NCBI GenBank assembly: GCA_038087875.1
Contig: CM075987.1
Coordinates: 27,344,001 to 27,408,000 of the forward strand
Direction of reading: 5' to 3'
Source: Malacoraja senta
Taxonomy: Eukaryota
DNA length: 64,000 nucleotides
Shown: in pieces, positions 24,780 to 39,965 of the stretch
Layout of the letters: each line of letters starts with the position of its first letter
How positions within the stretch are numbered: the stretch's first letter is position 1
Translations under genes and position numbers: made by a program
The notes under the pieces: generated by a model
What the model saw: only the letters and a program-made list of their open reading frames with translations
Told to the model about the DNA's origin: nothing
Databases searched by the model: none

Positions 24780-27700
24780 TTTATTTAACAATTTTAAATA
24801 CAGGCAAGGAACTGTATTCAGTGCATGAAACAAACTGAGGGCACATCAACACTGAAGTGGCTAGTGATCTGCATTTGTTGCAGCTGACCACACAACATTG
24901 TAATTAGAATTGGAACAGCATCAACGCATTTCTGAATTTTTATTGGTCTGGCTGCTATTTGAACATCTCATCCGACTGTACTGGGCATAACTCGCATTTG
25001 ATGGAGCCAGTTGTATCACTAAATCAGTGACCCACAATAATCTGTACAGCAGAATGTGCTTCAATGGAATAAGTGGACTTGGAATAATTAAATTAAGCTG
25101 TATTATCAAACAATACCAAATTTAATTTAAGAATTTTGAGAAATCCAAGAGACATTACCGTAAGATTGTGTATTTCTTTGTGAATGTCAGAACTTAATGA
25201 ACCACAGCAGTTGCATTTAGTGTGAAATATCCCAAGCAGGAGCTTATTGGTTTCATTAGTTTGCAGGAAGTGTGAAAGACATTTCTATTTTGCACATCTA
25301 TTCACATGCAGCTGTATGGAAGCTGGCATAATCTGCTCAGTGACCAGAAAGCAGATAGCAAGCCCCAATAGTTGCAGTGACACATCCTGGGTTACACTGC
25401 CATACTGTTTAGATTATTCTTGGGATCCAGATGGTATGTTGGGTATGTTGATAATGCAATTTGGTTTACAAGGGAAAGTAAGAAAATTATTGCTAGATTC
25501 GACATAGAGGAAGAGATTGGAAATACAATGTAAGTCTTATCTGCCACTTTCCTTAAATATATCAAATTATAAAGTTATCAAACCCAACATCAAATATAAA
25601 CTAGTGCATCCTCAGGGCACATACATAAAAGGTGGCAAAACAATGTTTTGTGGAGAAAGTACCATGCTAAACCCACTTATTAAAGAGAAGGAAGCTGCAG
25701 TGAATCAAATGGGAGAATATTATACTGGCTTTATCTGCATTAAATGCACACCTGAAACATCTGAAACTGGAGCATCAAAATATTCCAGTTGGCAGGTTAA
25801 GTGGCAAGAGGTTGCACTGGCTTAGATCCGCAGTATTCCATTGTACATAAAAACAGGTATCTGAATCTTGAGAGAAAGAGCCTTGGCTTCAATCGGAAAA
25901 AAAGCAAAGCTTGGTGCAGCAACAGCACAATACAGTAACAGCAACCCATTTAAAACATGCACACAGGTACAGCAGCTTTCATATTAGTTCATGGGTCTCT
26001 GCTTGCCTGATATACTTCAACCAGCCTCCCTTCCAATCCAGAAATAAAAATCATTGCAAAATGGCAAGGAGACTTGTGCCAGTTTTCAAGTTCCAGACCA
26101 CAGTTAAAGTTTTGCCCCTTAACAGGAGGGAAACCATTTTGGGACTAACTGAACAAATCTTATTTTTAAAGTCCTTACAGAGTGTACAATTATGGCTATA
26201 GGGGAGCAAGACCTCCAAGGTGTACCCATCCACCGTCTATTATGTGAAACCCACCCAGCTGAGACATGCACAAAACCATCATGCTCTCAAGCACAGTGGA
26301 TAACCAGCAGCTTTTAAACTGGATACCAGCTGTCTGCTGACTCCAATGAAAATAACTTACTAATTTAAAAAAATATACTTAACACTTGTAAAAATGTCCA
26401 AAGATAAATAGGAATTTGTGCTGCATTAAAATGACACCTCCAAACTAGCCGGTTTCAGATACATGTAGTCAAGAGAGGAGCAAACAGAACTGAATACCCA
26501 GTGACGAGGAGAACGAGTACAAACTGCACTGTGTAATCTCCCATGTCATCTACCTTTCTTGGTCCATTCCCAACGGGACCCATCACATTCACAGATGCCA
26601 CGTCCCAGCAAAGGTGAACTGAAGCCATACATTCTTTTTTGGGGGGGGGGGGTGAAATTCTTTTAGGGAAGGGGGGGAAGAAACGGGTAAAAATCCAAAG
26701 TTTCGACTACATATGCCTAATACTTAGGAACTTGGCCATGGCAGCACTGAGGCACAGGACATTGGGAGGAATCAGTGAAGTACCGTCTGTAAACACATGG
26801 TATCACACTGTGCACCTGAACCAAATTCCATCTCGGAGTTGGATTTCAATTTCAAACCCACCTCCCATTCAGGAAATATGAACAAGTCATGGGCAGTTAT
26901 CAATTTCACCTTCTCCCTATAATGCCAGACAAGGAACAATTTGGCCCTATACTAATTAGATGGCTTCTCAGCAGGACCAGATACATTTAAAAAGCAATTC
27001 ACGCCACCAAGTGGATTCCTGTACCATTATTCCATACCCGCTGTGTCCTTAAAAACTATGTGCCTTTAGTAGGTCTTGAATTAAGAATGAGAAATAACTT
27101 CTAATTATTATGTTTCCCAATAGTCTGATACGACTTGAAAAAATACTGATTGAGAGCAGCACCACACCTGGAGTTTGATCAGTGCTACATTGAACATAAC
27201 CTCCAGCACAGAGACAAGTGGCAGACTGCATTGTGTGTTCAAAGTGGAGTACGAGAATGAAACCACAAAGATGCGTATAATTCATTCACTCCAGCAGCTG
27301 TCACTAATAATGCTTTCAACCGGTTATGTGTATCTCCCCCCCCCCACCCCCTTGCCTCGCCAAGTAAACAAGTTCCAGAGACCTGGCGTTAGTGTTATCT
27401 CTGGAACACACAGTAAGCTGGGTCTTTGTTTTCTTCTCTACAATCACGTTAGCAGCAAGCTGTCCCAGAGTCACATAATGCTACCGGAGCAAATTGCGTT
27501 TTTTTAGGTAACTCTGTTCAGCTACACGTTATTACCGAACTTCAAACAGATCAGATTTTACAACATAAAAAACTGTACATAAGATTTTGTTCAAATACAT
27601 ATCAACATATAAATATAGTCAGAAGCTCCCGACTGGGAACTTCCATAGTCTTCTTTAGCGATCAATCATAGGAAAAGCCCCAGCCCCCCTCTTCTCACAG

Positions 27701-27857
27701 AGACCTCCTCAAGTCCTTTCTGGTTTTTTTTTCTCTTCCTCAGTGCCTTTGGAACTTTGTGTCCAGACTGAATTGTGCAAAACAAAACTGACGCCACTGT
27801 TGAACCATGGCGAAAGCATGCGGGGCGAGGGTGAGGAGGGGCAGGGCAGAGGAGAGG
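24780..27857 (-). other. ZMYND19: Probable ZMYND19 3'UTR
   Basis: Repeat-poor stretch after the stop codon; minus-strand AATAAA at 24939-24944 and 24780-24785. Confidence 0.55.
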
Positions 27858-28046
<189 letters not shown>

Positions 28047-28392
28047 TCAATTCAACAGTAAGATCATTGTTATTGATCAATGTACTGTATATACGTGTAG
28101 GAAAGAACTGCAGATGCTCGTTTAAATCAAAGGTAGACACAAAATGCAGGAGTAACTGGCAGCATCTCTGGAGAGAATGGGCGACGTTTCGGGTCGAGAC
28201 CCTTCTTCAGACTGATGTCATGGGGTAATGTTTAGATTGTGTATGCAAGCAAAGAATTTCACTGTTGCTAGTCACATGTGACAATAAAGTATTCCTATTC
28301 CTATTCCACCAGCCAAATTTTCAAACTTTAGGTCAGCTGCTATCTCACTCAGTATGAGACTTCCATGAAACATCCTTGGATGTCTACAACTA

Positions 28393-28719
<327 letters not shown>

Positions 28720-28777
28720 TCAAACTAAGTTACACCATTGAAAAGATATTTGAATCGGTACATGGATAACAACGGTT

Positions 28778-29515
28778 TAATCATAATGATAATCATAATC
28801 ATACTTTATTAGCCAAGTATGTTTTGCAACATATGGTGAATTTGATACCAATAAAAAAACAAAACACACAAGATACATTTTAACATGAACATCCACCACA
28901 GTGACTACTCCGCATTCTTCACTGTGATGGAAGGCGAAAAAAAGTTCAATCTCTTCCCTTCTTTGTTCCCCCGTGGTCAGGGGCCTCGAGCCTTCCTTTG
29001 ACGAGGCGATCTTGGCTCCTGTAGCCAGCGGCGTTTGGGCCCTCGCGTCAGGGTGATCAAGCTCCCGCATCGTGGGGATCTCAGCTCCCCCGCGCCGAGC
29101 GATCTGACCCCAGGTTGGGGCTGGTCGAAACCTTCTGCATCGTTTGGAGCTCACGACATCGGTCTCTACCCAAGACGGCGAGCTCCTCAATGGTGAAATC
29201 CGCAGGTTGGAGCGTCGATCCCAGGCAAGGGATCGGCTCAGATGCTAAGTTCACACCCCACGATGGGGCTCAGTCAGTCCCAAGTAAGGCCGCCAGCTCC
29301 ATGTTTGGATGCAGAGTGACCGGAGATAGGATCCGGACAACAATCGCATCTCCGGCAAGGTAAGAGATTGAAAAAAGGTTTCCCTCCCCCGCCCCCCCAC
29401 ATAAAACAAACCAGAGAACATTAACACATACTTTTAAAACACACTAAATAAAACAAAAAAAAGACGAAAAGACAGAATAACTGTTGGCGAGGCTGCCATC
29501 GCTGCGCCACCCAGT
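28778..29515 (-). mobile_element. Non-autonomous retroelement-like repeat with (gattat)n tail
   Basis: GC-rich body and a short tandem tail; 3' part resembles the remnants at ~14900-15000 and ~19620-19800. Confidence 0.5.
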
Positions 29516-29839
29516 GGAACGGGTGCAGTTCTTTAGAGGGTTACAGGTCAAATGTTGGCAGGTGGAACTAGTATAAATGGGGTGTGGGCAAGTTGAGCAA
29601 AGGGGTTTATTTCCATGTTGTATGACTGTTTGCCTGAAATCTGCTAGAAACATTGAAAAGCACTAGCAGTGAGGAGTGGGTAGCATTGCAGATCACCCAC
29701 CATTTTAGATTACCTCCAGGTAGCATTTGCTGCTACAAGAGCAGATAGCCCTTGATGGCTACCAATAACTCAACCTTTACAAAGTTCTCAAACCAAGGCA
29801 GTTTATTTGAACAACCTGTAACACATCACCTTTAATTCA

Positions 29840-30124
<285 letters not shown>

Positions 30125-30699
30125 TTAAAAGCCTCTAATCTGAACATAAAGTACAAACAGATGGAAAAGCCACACAAGAAATTTCCCACTCCTCCAACAC
30201 AGGAAAATCATTTTTAATTTGAGGCACTCTTAACTGCCGCTCCACAACACCAAATTGATATAACTACTTAATGAAAAAATCAAATTTAAAATATACAAAA
30301 ACATGCATTTTAATATTGACAGAACAAGATGGACCTATCCAGGTGACTGAGCAAATCTAGTGAGCAAAAGGAATGAACAATTTATAACATCATTTTGAGG
30401 ATCAGATTTTAAAGTCAGCAATTGGATTGGTTGAGTCAGTATATTTCAGTGTCGGAGCAGCAGATTTCAAAAGGTGAACGGCTGAATTGGTTGAGTGATC
30501 AAAATTGACTAATTGAGCAGCTAATAAAAAGGCAAGACGTGGAGGGGAAGCTTGAGGCTTCGGCTCAAGAGAGCCAATGCTTTTTTGGCAAGGAAGCTGA
30601 GCAGAGGGGGACCGGAGGTAAAGATACAGATTCAAACTGCTGTTTCTTGTGTGTGATAGTTGTGCTATTTTTCCCCACTCTTGGTATTTAGTGCAGTGG

Positions 30700-32230
30700 T
30701 GATAGCAGGTAGAATAGTGCAACCTTCCTCCTGCAGGATGTGTGAAGTCAGGGAAACCGCTGGTATCCCTGATGACTACACGTGGGGACAGTATCCAGCT
30801 GCAGCTCCTCACACTCCGCATTCAGGAACAGGTGCTGCAGCCGGATGACCTCAGGATCACCCGGTAGAATGAACTTCATAGATAGGAGTTAAAACATTCA
30901 TGACTCTCGACTCCTTTGGATACTGTTGATGGGGATGATCAGCAGTAACAGTCAGGTCTGTGTTTGGATACTGTTGATGGGGATGAGCAGCAGTAACAGT
31001 CAGGTCTGTGTTTGGATACTGTTGATGGGGATGAGCAGCAGTAACAGTCAGGTCTGTGTTTGGATACTGTTGATGGGGATGACAGCAGTAACAGTCAGGT
31101 CTGTGTTTGGATACTGTTGATGGGGATGAGCAGCAGTAACAGTCAGGTCTGTGTTTGGATACTGTTGATGGGGATGACAGCAGTAACAGTCAGGTCTGTG
31201 TTTGGATACTGTTGATGGGGATGAGCAGCAGTAACAGTCAGGTCTGTGTTTGGATACTGTTGATGGGGATGAGCAGCAGTAACAGTCAGGTCTGTGTTTG
31301 GATACTGTTGATGGGGATGACAGCAGTAACAGTCAGGTCTGTGTTTGGATACTGTTGATGGGGATGAGCAGCAGTAACAGTCAGGTCTGTGTTTGGATAC
31401 TGTTGATGGGGATGACAGCAGTAACAGTCAGGTCTGTGTTTGGATACTGTTGATGGGGATGACAGCAGTAACAGTCAGGTCTGTGTTTGGATACTGTTGA
31501 TGGGGATGAGCAGTAGTAGCAGTCAGGTCTGTGTTTGGATACTGTTGATGGGGATGACAGCAGTAACAGTCAGGTCTGTGTTTGGATACTGTTGATGGGG
31601 ATGACAGCAGTAAGTCAGGTCTGTGTTTGGATACTGTTGATGGGGATGACAGCAGTAACAGTCAGGTCTGTGTTTGGATACTGTTGATGGGGATGACAAC
31701 AGTAACAGTCAGGTCTGTGTTTGGATACTGTTGATGGGGATGACAGCAGTAACAGTCAGGTCTGTGTTTGGATACTGTTGATGGGGATGACAGCAGTAAC
31801 AGTCAGGTCTGTGTTTGGATACTGTTGATGGGGATGACAGCAGTAACAGTCAGGTCTGTGTTTGGATACTGTTGATGGGGATGAGCAGTAGTAGCAGTCA
31901 GGTCTGTGTTTGGATACTGTTGATGGGGATGAGCAGTAGTAACAGTCAGGTCTGTGTTTGGATACTGTTGATGGGGATGACAGCAGTAACAGTCAGGTCT
32001 GTGGCACGGAGCCTGTTTCCGAGTCACCGTGGGCAAGGGAAATGTCAGGTAGACCCATAATGGTCTGAAAAAGGGCCTCGACCCGAAGTGTCACCTATTC
32101 CTTTTCTCCAGAGATGCTGCCTGACCCACTGAATTACTACTGCACTTTGTGTCTGTCTGTGGTAGAATACTTGTTAGTTAGCGGGGCAGCAATCTAGACT
32201 CCAGGATGGTGGGTTGCCTCCCTGGTGCCT
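30700..32230 (+). mobile_element. Old CR1 ORF1 remnant hosting a minisatellite
   Basis: SSCRMCEVRET..PDDYT...QLQLL zinc-finger-like remnant upstream, CLPGA remnant at ~32213. Confidence 0.6.
30914..32003. repeat. 47/48-bp minisatellite, ~23 copies
   Basis: Unit tttggatactgttgatggggatga(g)cagcagtaacagtcaggtctgtg. Confidence 0.97.
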
Positions 32231-32290
32231 GGAAGCCCAAGTGACTGCATGAAGAAAATAACTGTAGGAATCAACTGCAGATGCTGGTTG

Positions 32291-34690
32291 AAACCAACAT
32301 GTAGAGGAACCAACGAGAGAGCAGGCTATTCTAGACTGGGTATTGAGTAATGAGGAAGGGTTAGTTAGCAGTCTTGTTGTGCGTGGCCCCTTGGGCAAGA
32401 GTGACCATAATATGGTTGAGTTCTTCATTAGGATGGAGAGTGACATTGTTAATTCAGAAACAAAGGTTCTGAACTTAAAGAATGGTGACTTTGAGGGTAT
32501 GAGACGTGAATTGGCCAAGATAGACTGGCCAATGATTCTTAAAGGGTTGACGGTGGATATGCAATGGAAGGCATTTAAAAACTGCATGGATGAACCACAA
32601 CAAGTGTTCATCCCAGTTTGGCAAAAGAATAAATCAGGGAAGGTAGTGCATCCGTGGATAACAAGGGAAATCAGGGATAGTATCAAAACAAAAGAGGAAG
32701 GCTACAAATTAGCCAGAACAAGCAGCCTACCAGAGGACTGGGAGAAATTGAGAGTCCAGCAGAGGAGGACAAAAGGCTTAATTAGGAAAGGGAAAATAGA
32801 TTATGAAAGAAAACTGGCAGGGAACATAAAAACTCACTGCAAAAGTTTTTATAGATATGTCAAGAGGAAAAGATTACTTAAAACAAATGTAGGTCCCTTG
32901 CAGTCAGAAACAGGCGAATTGATCATGGGGAACAAGGACATGGCAGATCAATTGAATAATTACTTTGGTTCTGTCTTCACTAAGGAAGACATAAATAATC
33001 TGCCGGAAATAGTAAGGGACCGGGGGTTAAATGAGATGGAGGAACTGAATGAAATCCAGGTTAGCCGGGAAGTGGTGTTAGGTAAATTGAATGGATTAAA
33101 GGCCGATAAATCCCCAGGGCCGGATAAGTTGCATCCCAGAGTACTTAAGGAAGTAGCCGCAGAAATAGTGGATGCATTAGTTATAATTTTTCAAAACTCT
33201 TTAGATTCTGGAGTAGTTCCTGAGGACTGGAGGGTAGCTAATGTAACCCCACTTTTTAAAAAGGGAGGGAGAGAGAAAACGGGGAATTACAGACAAGTTA
33301 GTCTAACATCTGTGGTGGGGAAAATTCTGGAGTCAGTTATTAAAGATGGGATAGCAGCACATTTGGAAAGTGGTGAGTTCATTGGACAAAGTCAGCATGG
33401 ATTTATGAAAGGTAAATCATGTCTGACGAATCTTATAGAATTTTTCGAGGATGTAACTAGTAGAGTGGATAAGGGAGAACCAGTGGATGTGTAATATTTG
33501 GACTTTCAGAAGGCTTTCGACAAGGTCCCACATAAGAGATTAGCATACAAACCTAAAGCACATGGTATTGGAGGTTCAGTATTGATGTGGATAGTGAACT
33601 GGCTGGCAGACAGGAAGCAAAGAGTAGGAGTAAACGGGTCCTTTTCAGAATGGCAGGCAGTGACTAGTGGGGTACCGCAAGGCTCAGTGCTGGGACCCCA
33701 GCTATTTACAATATATATTAATGATCTGGATGAGGGAATTGAATGCAACATCTCCAAGTTTGCGGATGACAAGAAGCTGGGGGGCAGTGTTAGCTGTGAA
33801 GAGGAGGCTAGGAGGCTGCAAGGTGACTTGGATAGGTTGGGTGAGTGGACAAAGGCATGGCAGATGCAGTATAATGTGGATAAATGTGAGGTTATCCACT
33901 TTGGTGGCAAAAACAGGAAAGTAGACTATTATCTGAATGGTGGCCGATTAGGAAAAGGGGAGATGCAACGAGACCTGGGTGTCATGGTACACCAGTCATT
34001 GAAAGTAGGAATGCAGGTGCAGCAGGCAGTGAAGAAAGCAAATGGTATGTTAGCATTCATAGCAAAAGGATTTGAGTATAAGAGCAGGGAGGTTCTACTG
34101 CAGTTGTACAGGGTCTTGGTGAGACCACACCTGGAGTATTGCGTACAGTTTTGGTCTCCTAATCTGAGGAAAGACATTCTTGCCATAGAGGGAGTACAGA
34201 GAAGGTTCACCAGACTGATTCCTGGGATGGCAAGACTTTCATATGAGGAAAGACTGGATAGACTCGGCTTGTACACGTTGGAATTCAGAAGACTGAGGGG
34301 GGATCTTATAGAAACTTACAAAATTCTTAAGGGGTTGGACAGGCTAGATGCAGGAAGATTATTCCCGATGTTGGGGAAGTCCAGAACTAGGGGTCACAGT
34401 TTAAGGATAAGAGGGAAGACTTTTAGGACCGAGATGAGGAAATCATTTTTTACAACAGAGAGTGGTGAATCTGTGGAATTCTCTGCCACAGAAGGTAGTT
34501 GAGGCCAGTTCATTGGCTATATTTAAGAGGGAGTTAGATGTGGCCCTTGTGGCTAAAGGGATCAGGGGTATGGAGAGAAGGCAGGGATGGGATACTGAGT
34601 TGGATGATCAGCCATGATCATATCAAATGGCGGTGCAGGCTCGAAGGGCCGAATGGCCTACTCCTGCACCTATTTTCTATGTTTCTATGA
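32291..34690 (+). mobile_element. CR1 LINE, 5'-truncated ORF2 and 3'UTR
   Basis: ORFs 32343..33494 and 33498..34502 (RT) separated by an in-frame stop; (tttctatg)n tail. Confidence 0.95.
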
Positions 34691-36159
34691 AACTGAAGAT
34701 ACTCAAAATGCTGGAGTAACTCAGCAGACAGGCAGCATCTCTGGACAGAAGGAAAGGGACTCAACCCAAAATGTCACCCATTCTTTCTATCCAGAGATGC
34801 TGCCTGTCCCACTGAGTTACTCCAGCATTGTGTCTATCTTTGAAGAAAATAACTGATGGTTATTAATAACTGAGGCTCTATGGGTGGAGTTGAGGAATAT
34901 AAAAGGGATTGCCTTGACGGGAGTGTACCATAGGCTTCCAAACAGTCAACAAGAATTAGAATAACAAATATGCCAGTAGATTGCAGACAACTGCAAGATA
35001 AATAAGGTTGACATAATAGAGGATTTAAACGTCCCCAATATAGCATAGTGCCAAGGATTTAGACAGGGTGGAATTTGTCAAACATGTTAAGGAAACTTTC
35101 TTCAAGCAATATTTACAGGGGCAAAGCATGATCCACTCTTTGGAAATTGGGAAGAGCACGTGACTTAAGTGTCCATGGGCGAGCCTTTTGGGACCAGCAA
35201 CCACAATTCTATTAGCTTTAAAATAGTTATGGATAATGCCAGGGCAGGCCCACAAGTTAAACTCTGAATTGGAGCAAGGCCAACTTTGAAGGTATTAGAC
35301 AGGAACTTGCTCAAGTTGATTGGAGGGTTTAAGGCAGGTACTATAACATTGATAAAACATTTGGACAGGTACATGGATACGAAAGGTTTAAAAGGACACG
35401 GGCCACATGGCAGGTGGGCAGTTTTCCAGATGGGGCATCTTGATCAGCAAGGGCAAGTTGGACTGAAGGGCCTGTTTCTGTTCTGTATGACTTGGAATAT
35501 TCTAAAGAATTTTGAAGATTTGAAGTCCGGTCACCGTTCATCCAACACATGTACCACAAACTCCTACTAACAGTGTGGAGGAACTAGATGTATATTTTTT
35601 AAATTCATGGATAAAACGCGCTCTTTTTGTTTTAAACAGTTGCGGTTGTAAGAAATGGAGTTGGGTTTATGGTCTAAAGCATGTGAATAATTTGAACACA
35701 CTGCAGGCTGATAACAGCAGACAGTTGCACGTTTCAGAGATAACCAGAACAGAGCAGATAATGGAACACTGTATCAATCAACATGTGTTATTTAATTGAG
35801 AATGCCTCTGAATTGGTCATGTCTTTGAATACAGTTACCATTGAGCTGGTGTGGGAAGTTATACATGTGTATAACTGTGTACCAGGCATGAGGGAGTGTG
35901 GTCGAGTTTCTGGAAAACTGCCCATATTACAATTTCCCTTAATGTCAAGTCCAGTCATCGGCGCATGTAAAAAAAATGCGTTTAGAAAAATTGTGTTCAG
36001 GTACTTTTTCACCCACATAGAGATTTCTGAATTTTGTACTGACGAATTTCCCTTACCCCAAAGAGTTGCAAAGTGGGGAAGGCGTACTCGCCCTGGGACG
36101 CAGGGCAAGAGGAAAGGTTTTGCAAAGATTCTATCTTATTGTCACACAGTGGACACACA

Positions 36160-36585
36160 ACATATGATGAGCGTTTGACGGCACTGGGCCTGTACACAAA
36201 GTTTAGAAGAATGAGGGGGGACCTCATTAAAACGTACAGAATAGTGAAAGATCTGGATTGAATAGATGTGGAGAGGATGTTTCCACTTGTGGGAGAGTCT
36301 AGAACTTGAGGTCACAGCCTCAGAATTAAAGGACGTTGTTTAGGAAGGAAATGAGGAGGAATTTCTTTGGTCAGAGGGTGGTGAATCTGTGGAATTCTTT
36401 GCCACAGAGGGCTGTGAAGCGCGTCAATGGATAATTTGAAGGCAGAGATAGATTCTTGATTAGTACAGGTGTCAGGTGTTATGGGGAGAAGGCAGGAGAA
36501 TGGGGTTAGGAGGGAGAGATAGATCAGCCATGATTGAATGGTGGAGATGACTTGATGGGCCGAATGGCCTATTTCTGCTCCTTAC
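36160..36585 (+). mobile_element. CR1 3' fragment
   Basis: YDERLTALGLY..FRRMRGDLI, RVVNLWNSLP and CR1 3'UTR. Confidence 0.85.
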
Positions 36586-37701
36586 CACTTATATATGACC
36601 TTAAAGCTCTGTGCAACCAAATATACTGGTGTCATCAGATTCCTCCACTTTGATATCTTAGCAAATTAGTCTAGCACAATCAATTAAAATCACTAGCACC
36701 CATTAAATAGCAAGATAAATTGGAGGAAATTTCAATCTTCAGGCTCGCCAAAGACTGAATAGTTTCAAATTTCAATAATTGTGCAGAAGATACATGTCAC
36801 AAAAAGTTGCATCTCCTCCATTCCAATCTGAGTTAACTGACCTTCATTAATTTAACATTAAAAATTAGTCATGGAAGGAAAAGTGCCTTCAGAATTCTTA
36901 AAGGGGAGATGCAAACTGGATCTATCAGTGGAATCTTATTGAAAGTGACAGAATCTGAATGTAGGGGATATTTGAACAACGCCTTGAGAGCCCTGTCATC
37001 TCTGGATAGTGGAAATCAATGGTCAAGGAAAGCAGGTGATTTTCATTGTTCCGATTTGGGAATTATGACAATAAACCACCCTTGACCTTAAAGTCATTGA
37101 TGTGGAGAAATAACTCCACATTTCAAAGCAGAAATAAAATGCAGACAGAATTAGAAGCAAGGTGGGAGAGGTGTAGAGAAAATACATGCCAGAGCCGGTG
37201 GATGTCCAGAAAGGGAACTGTCAGAAGTAGACAATATTCAGCAAATTCTTGCAATTTCCTACAATTATGTGGAAAATTACTGGGATGAGAAGAAACATTA
37301 AACACTAAGTCAGAACGAGTTTCCCCAACACATTTCAAGTGGAATTGCTTGTTTTTTAAAGTGAATCAAAATATTGCATGGGGAGGCAGAAAATTAGGGA
37401 TAGAAAGGAGGCTCATGTGGCAAAATTTACTTAGGACAGGCTGCTGGGTTTTGGGGTGAGCAGGCACATTGCACAAAAGGATAATGGACATTTAACAGCC
37501 TAGCTTAATAGAAATGGCACTAAACATACACAGCAATCTTATTTACTGCTATCTTTAAAATATGCAAATCACTTTTACAGGCCTTTACCCAATAAACAGC
37601 ACTAGCTTTTATTCACTAAATATAAAAGAGGCTTTATTCACTAGTTCTGCTGACAAGTGCATCTTCATATGGGATTTAGTTTGGCATCAGTCAACAACTA
37701 T

Positions 37702-38115
37702 GATAGACACAAAATGCTGGAGTAACTCAGCGGGACAGGCAGCATCTCTGCAGAGAAGGAATGGGTGACGTTTCGGGTCGAGACCCTTCTTCAGACTGAT
37801 GTCAGGGGAGTGGGCTGTATAGAGATAAAATGTAGTTGGAGACAGTTAGACGGGTCAGACAACTGGGAAGGGGGAGGGGGTGGAGAGAGAGGGAAAGCAA
37901 GGGCTACTTGAAGTTCAAGAAGTCAATGTTCATACCGTTGGGATGTAAGCTACCCAAGTGAAATACGAGGTGCTGTTCCTTCAATTTACGCTGGGTCTCA
38001 CTCTGACAATGGAGGAGGCCCAGGACAGAAAGGTCAATGTGGGAATGGGAGGGGCAGTTAAAGTGTTGAGCAACCGGGGGATCAGGTAGGTTCAGGCAGA
38101 CTGAGTGGAGGTGTT
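37702..38115 (-). mobile_element. Penelope-like terminal fragment
   Basis: GIY-YIG C-terminal LKEQHLVF..GSL.P.GMNID remnant and hammerhead motif 37767-37794. Confidence 0.8.
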
Positions 38116-38601
38116 CTATGCTTGCTCTCTCAGAACTGTGGTAGGTTTTATGTATATGCAGACAGAAAGGGGATCAATTTTCTGGCTTAGGAACTGTCAG
38201 AAGAGTTTTAAACACTCCACATAACATCCCAGTAATGAGGTGCTAGTTCTAGTTTCACAACAAATCCTGACCTACTACTAAACAAATCACCATTGGGTTA
38301 ATGCTAACGCCATGAAGTATCTTTGATGCTATCAAATAATGACCGAAGATGCAGACTAAAGATTGAAGTATAGTTAGTATTTTAGGAAGGACCAGCAAAA
38401 TTGTTGTGCAGCACTCTTAAACAAGAGAACAGCCACATGTCCAAATTTAAGCAAGATTCCAGCATCTACAGTCTTGTGTCCACATTTCCAAGCTGGTGGC
38501 CAATACTAATCAAGGAGGGATTGAGTGTGCATTGGAAGATGTAGTGGCTTCGGAAGGATATGGATAAGCATCAAGCAACACTATCATTACTGTGGTACTC
38601 A

Positions 38602-38712
<111 letters not shown>

Positions 38713-39905
38713 TTAGGAAAAGGGCAAACAGCATATAAAAGTTTACAGATGATTTTATAGAACCAGGAGAAAACCTTCCACCCAGAAACCCATCCACTAT
38801 TCAAATAGGTTCCAAATAATTCAATCAATTCATTCGCTAGGTTTTTCCAGGCGATCTAGGACCAATCAGAAATGTTCATGGCTTCCTTAAATGTAGGCAA
38901 AATTGTAGTCGAACCAGAAATCGTGACATCCTGCAAACAATTTCTTGTTCGACTACAAAGCGAGTGACTACTGAATCCAGTCACATCGACAACACGCATG
39001 TTCTCAAAAGACAAAACCAGGAGTTATTTTTTCCATCCAAATGCAAATTCTGGTATTCCAATGCCAGCTTACTTGGCTGAAGTGAACCAGTTACGAACCC
39101 CAACACACACAGAAATACTCTCAAGCCAATTCCGCATATTTGAAAAAAATATCAGGTGTATACGGATAAATTCATCACACTGTTCACTTTATAACCTTGC
39201 AAGAAGCTGTGTCTTTGAAATATTAAAATCTAATACCAAACACAAATAATTATGTAACCACATTTAATACTTCCAAAAATACAAAAGATCTTGCCCAAGT
39301 TGGCGAAACACCTTGAAGAAGGGTCTTGACCCGAAACATCACATATTCCCTTTCTCCAGAGATGCTGCCTGACCCAGAGTTACTCCAGCATTTTGTGTCT
39401 ATCTTTGAGGAAGCATTCACTGCCATAACGTGAGCTAATGGGTGAGTATCTGTGATGGCAACTGCCTGCTGAAAGAAAGCCTTAGCAGAAATTCATTCTG
39501 AAATGTTGGCACATCTTTCAGGGTATCCCACGCAAAGCAAGATGGCCAACAGCCAGACATGGATCCTAGTGAGATGAGACAGAAACCCATTGGTCAGTTT
39601 TGTAAGGGGCAGTGAATCATCCAGTTGATGGAAAGTTATATTTCTCGATCAAATCATTTGTTTGGCCATATGATCTGCAAACAGGTGCAACTACAAATGT
39701 GGGTTTGGATTTTGCCCCCTTCCTAGTTGAATTAATAGCAATCACAAAATAAATGAGCCAAGCAGTGGAATGGAATCCATATTTAGGAGCAGCTGATCTT
39801 TAGGGCAATTCTGACACTGCTCCATTAATAGTTATCTCTTGTATTAACAGTGAAAGTAATTTGAATGCAAGTTACATTTCTCAGTGTTTTCACATGCCTG
39901 CTTAC

Positions 39906-39965
39906 CTCAAAGGTATAATTCTCCACCATTGGGATGTCTTGCTCATCTATCAGTGTGTATTTAGT
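39906..39965 (-). CDS. ZMYND19: ZMYND19 exon 2
   Basis: ttcag|TKYTLIDEQDIPMVENYTFE|gtaagc; 60 nt. Confidence 0.97.

Noticed and set aside
30914..32003. CRISPR-like regular array
   Set aside because: Pure tandem units with no unique spacers, no cas genes, and a eukaryotic intron context
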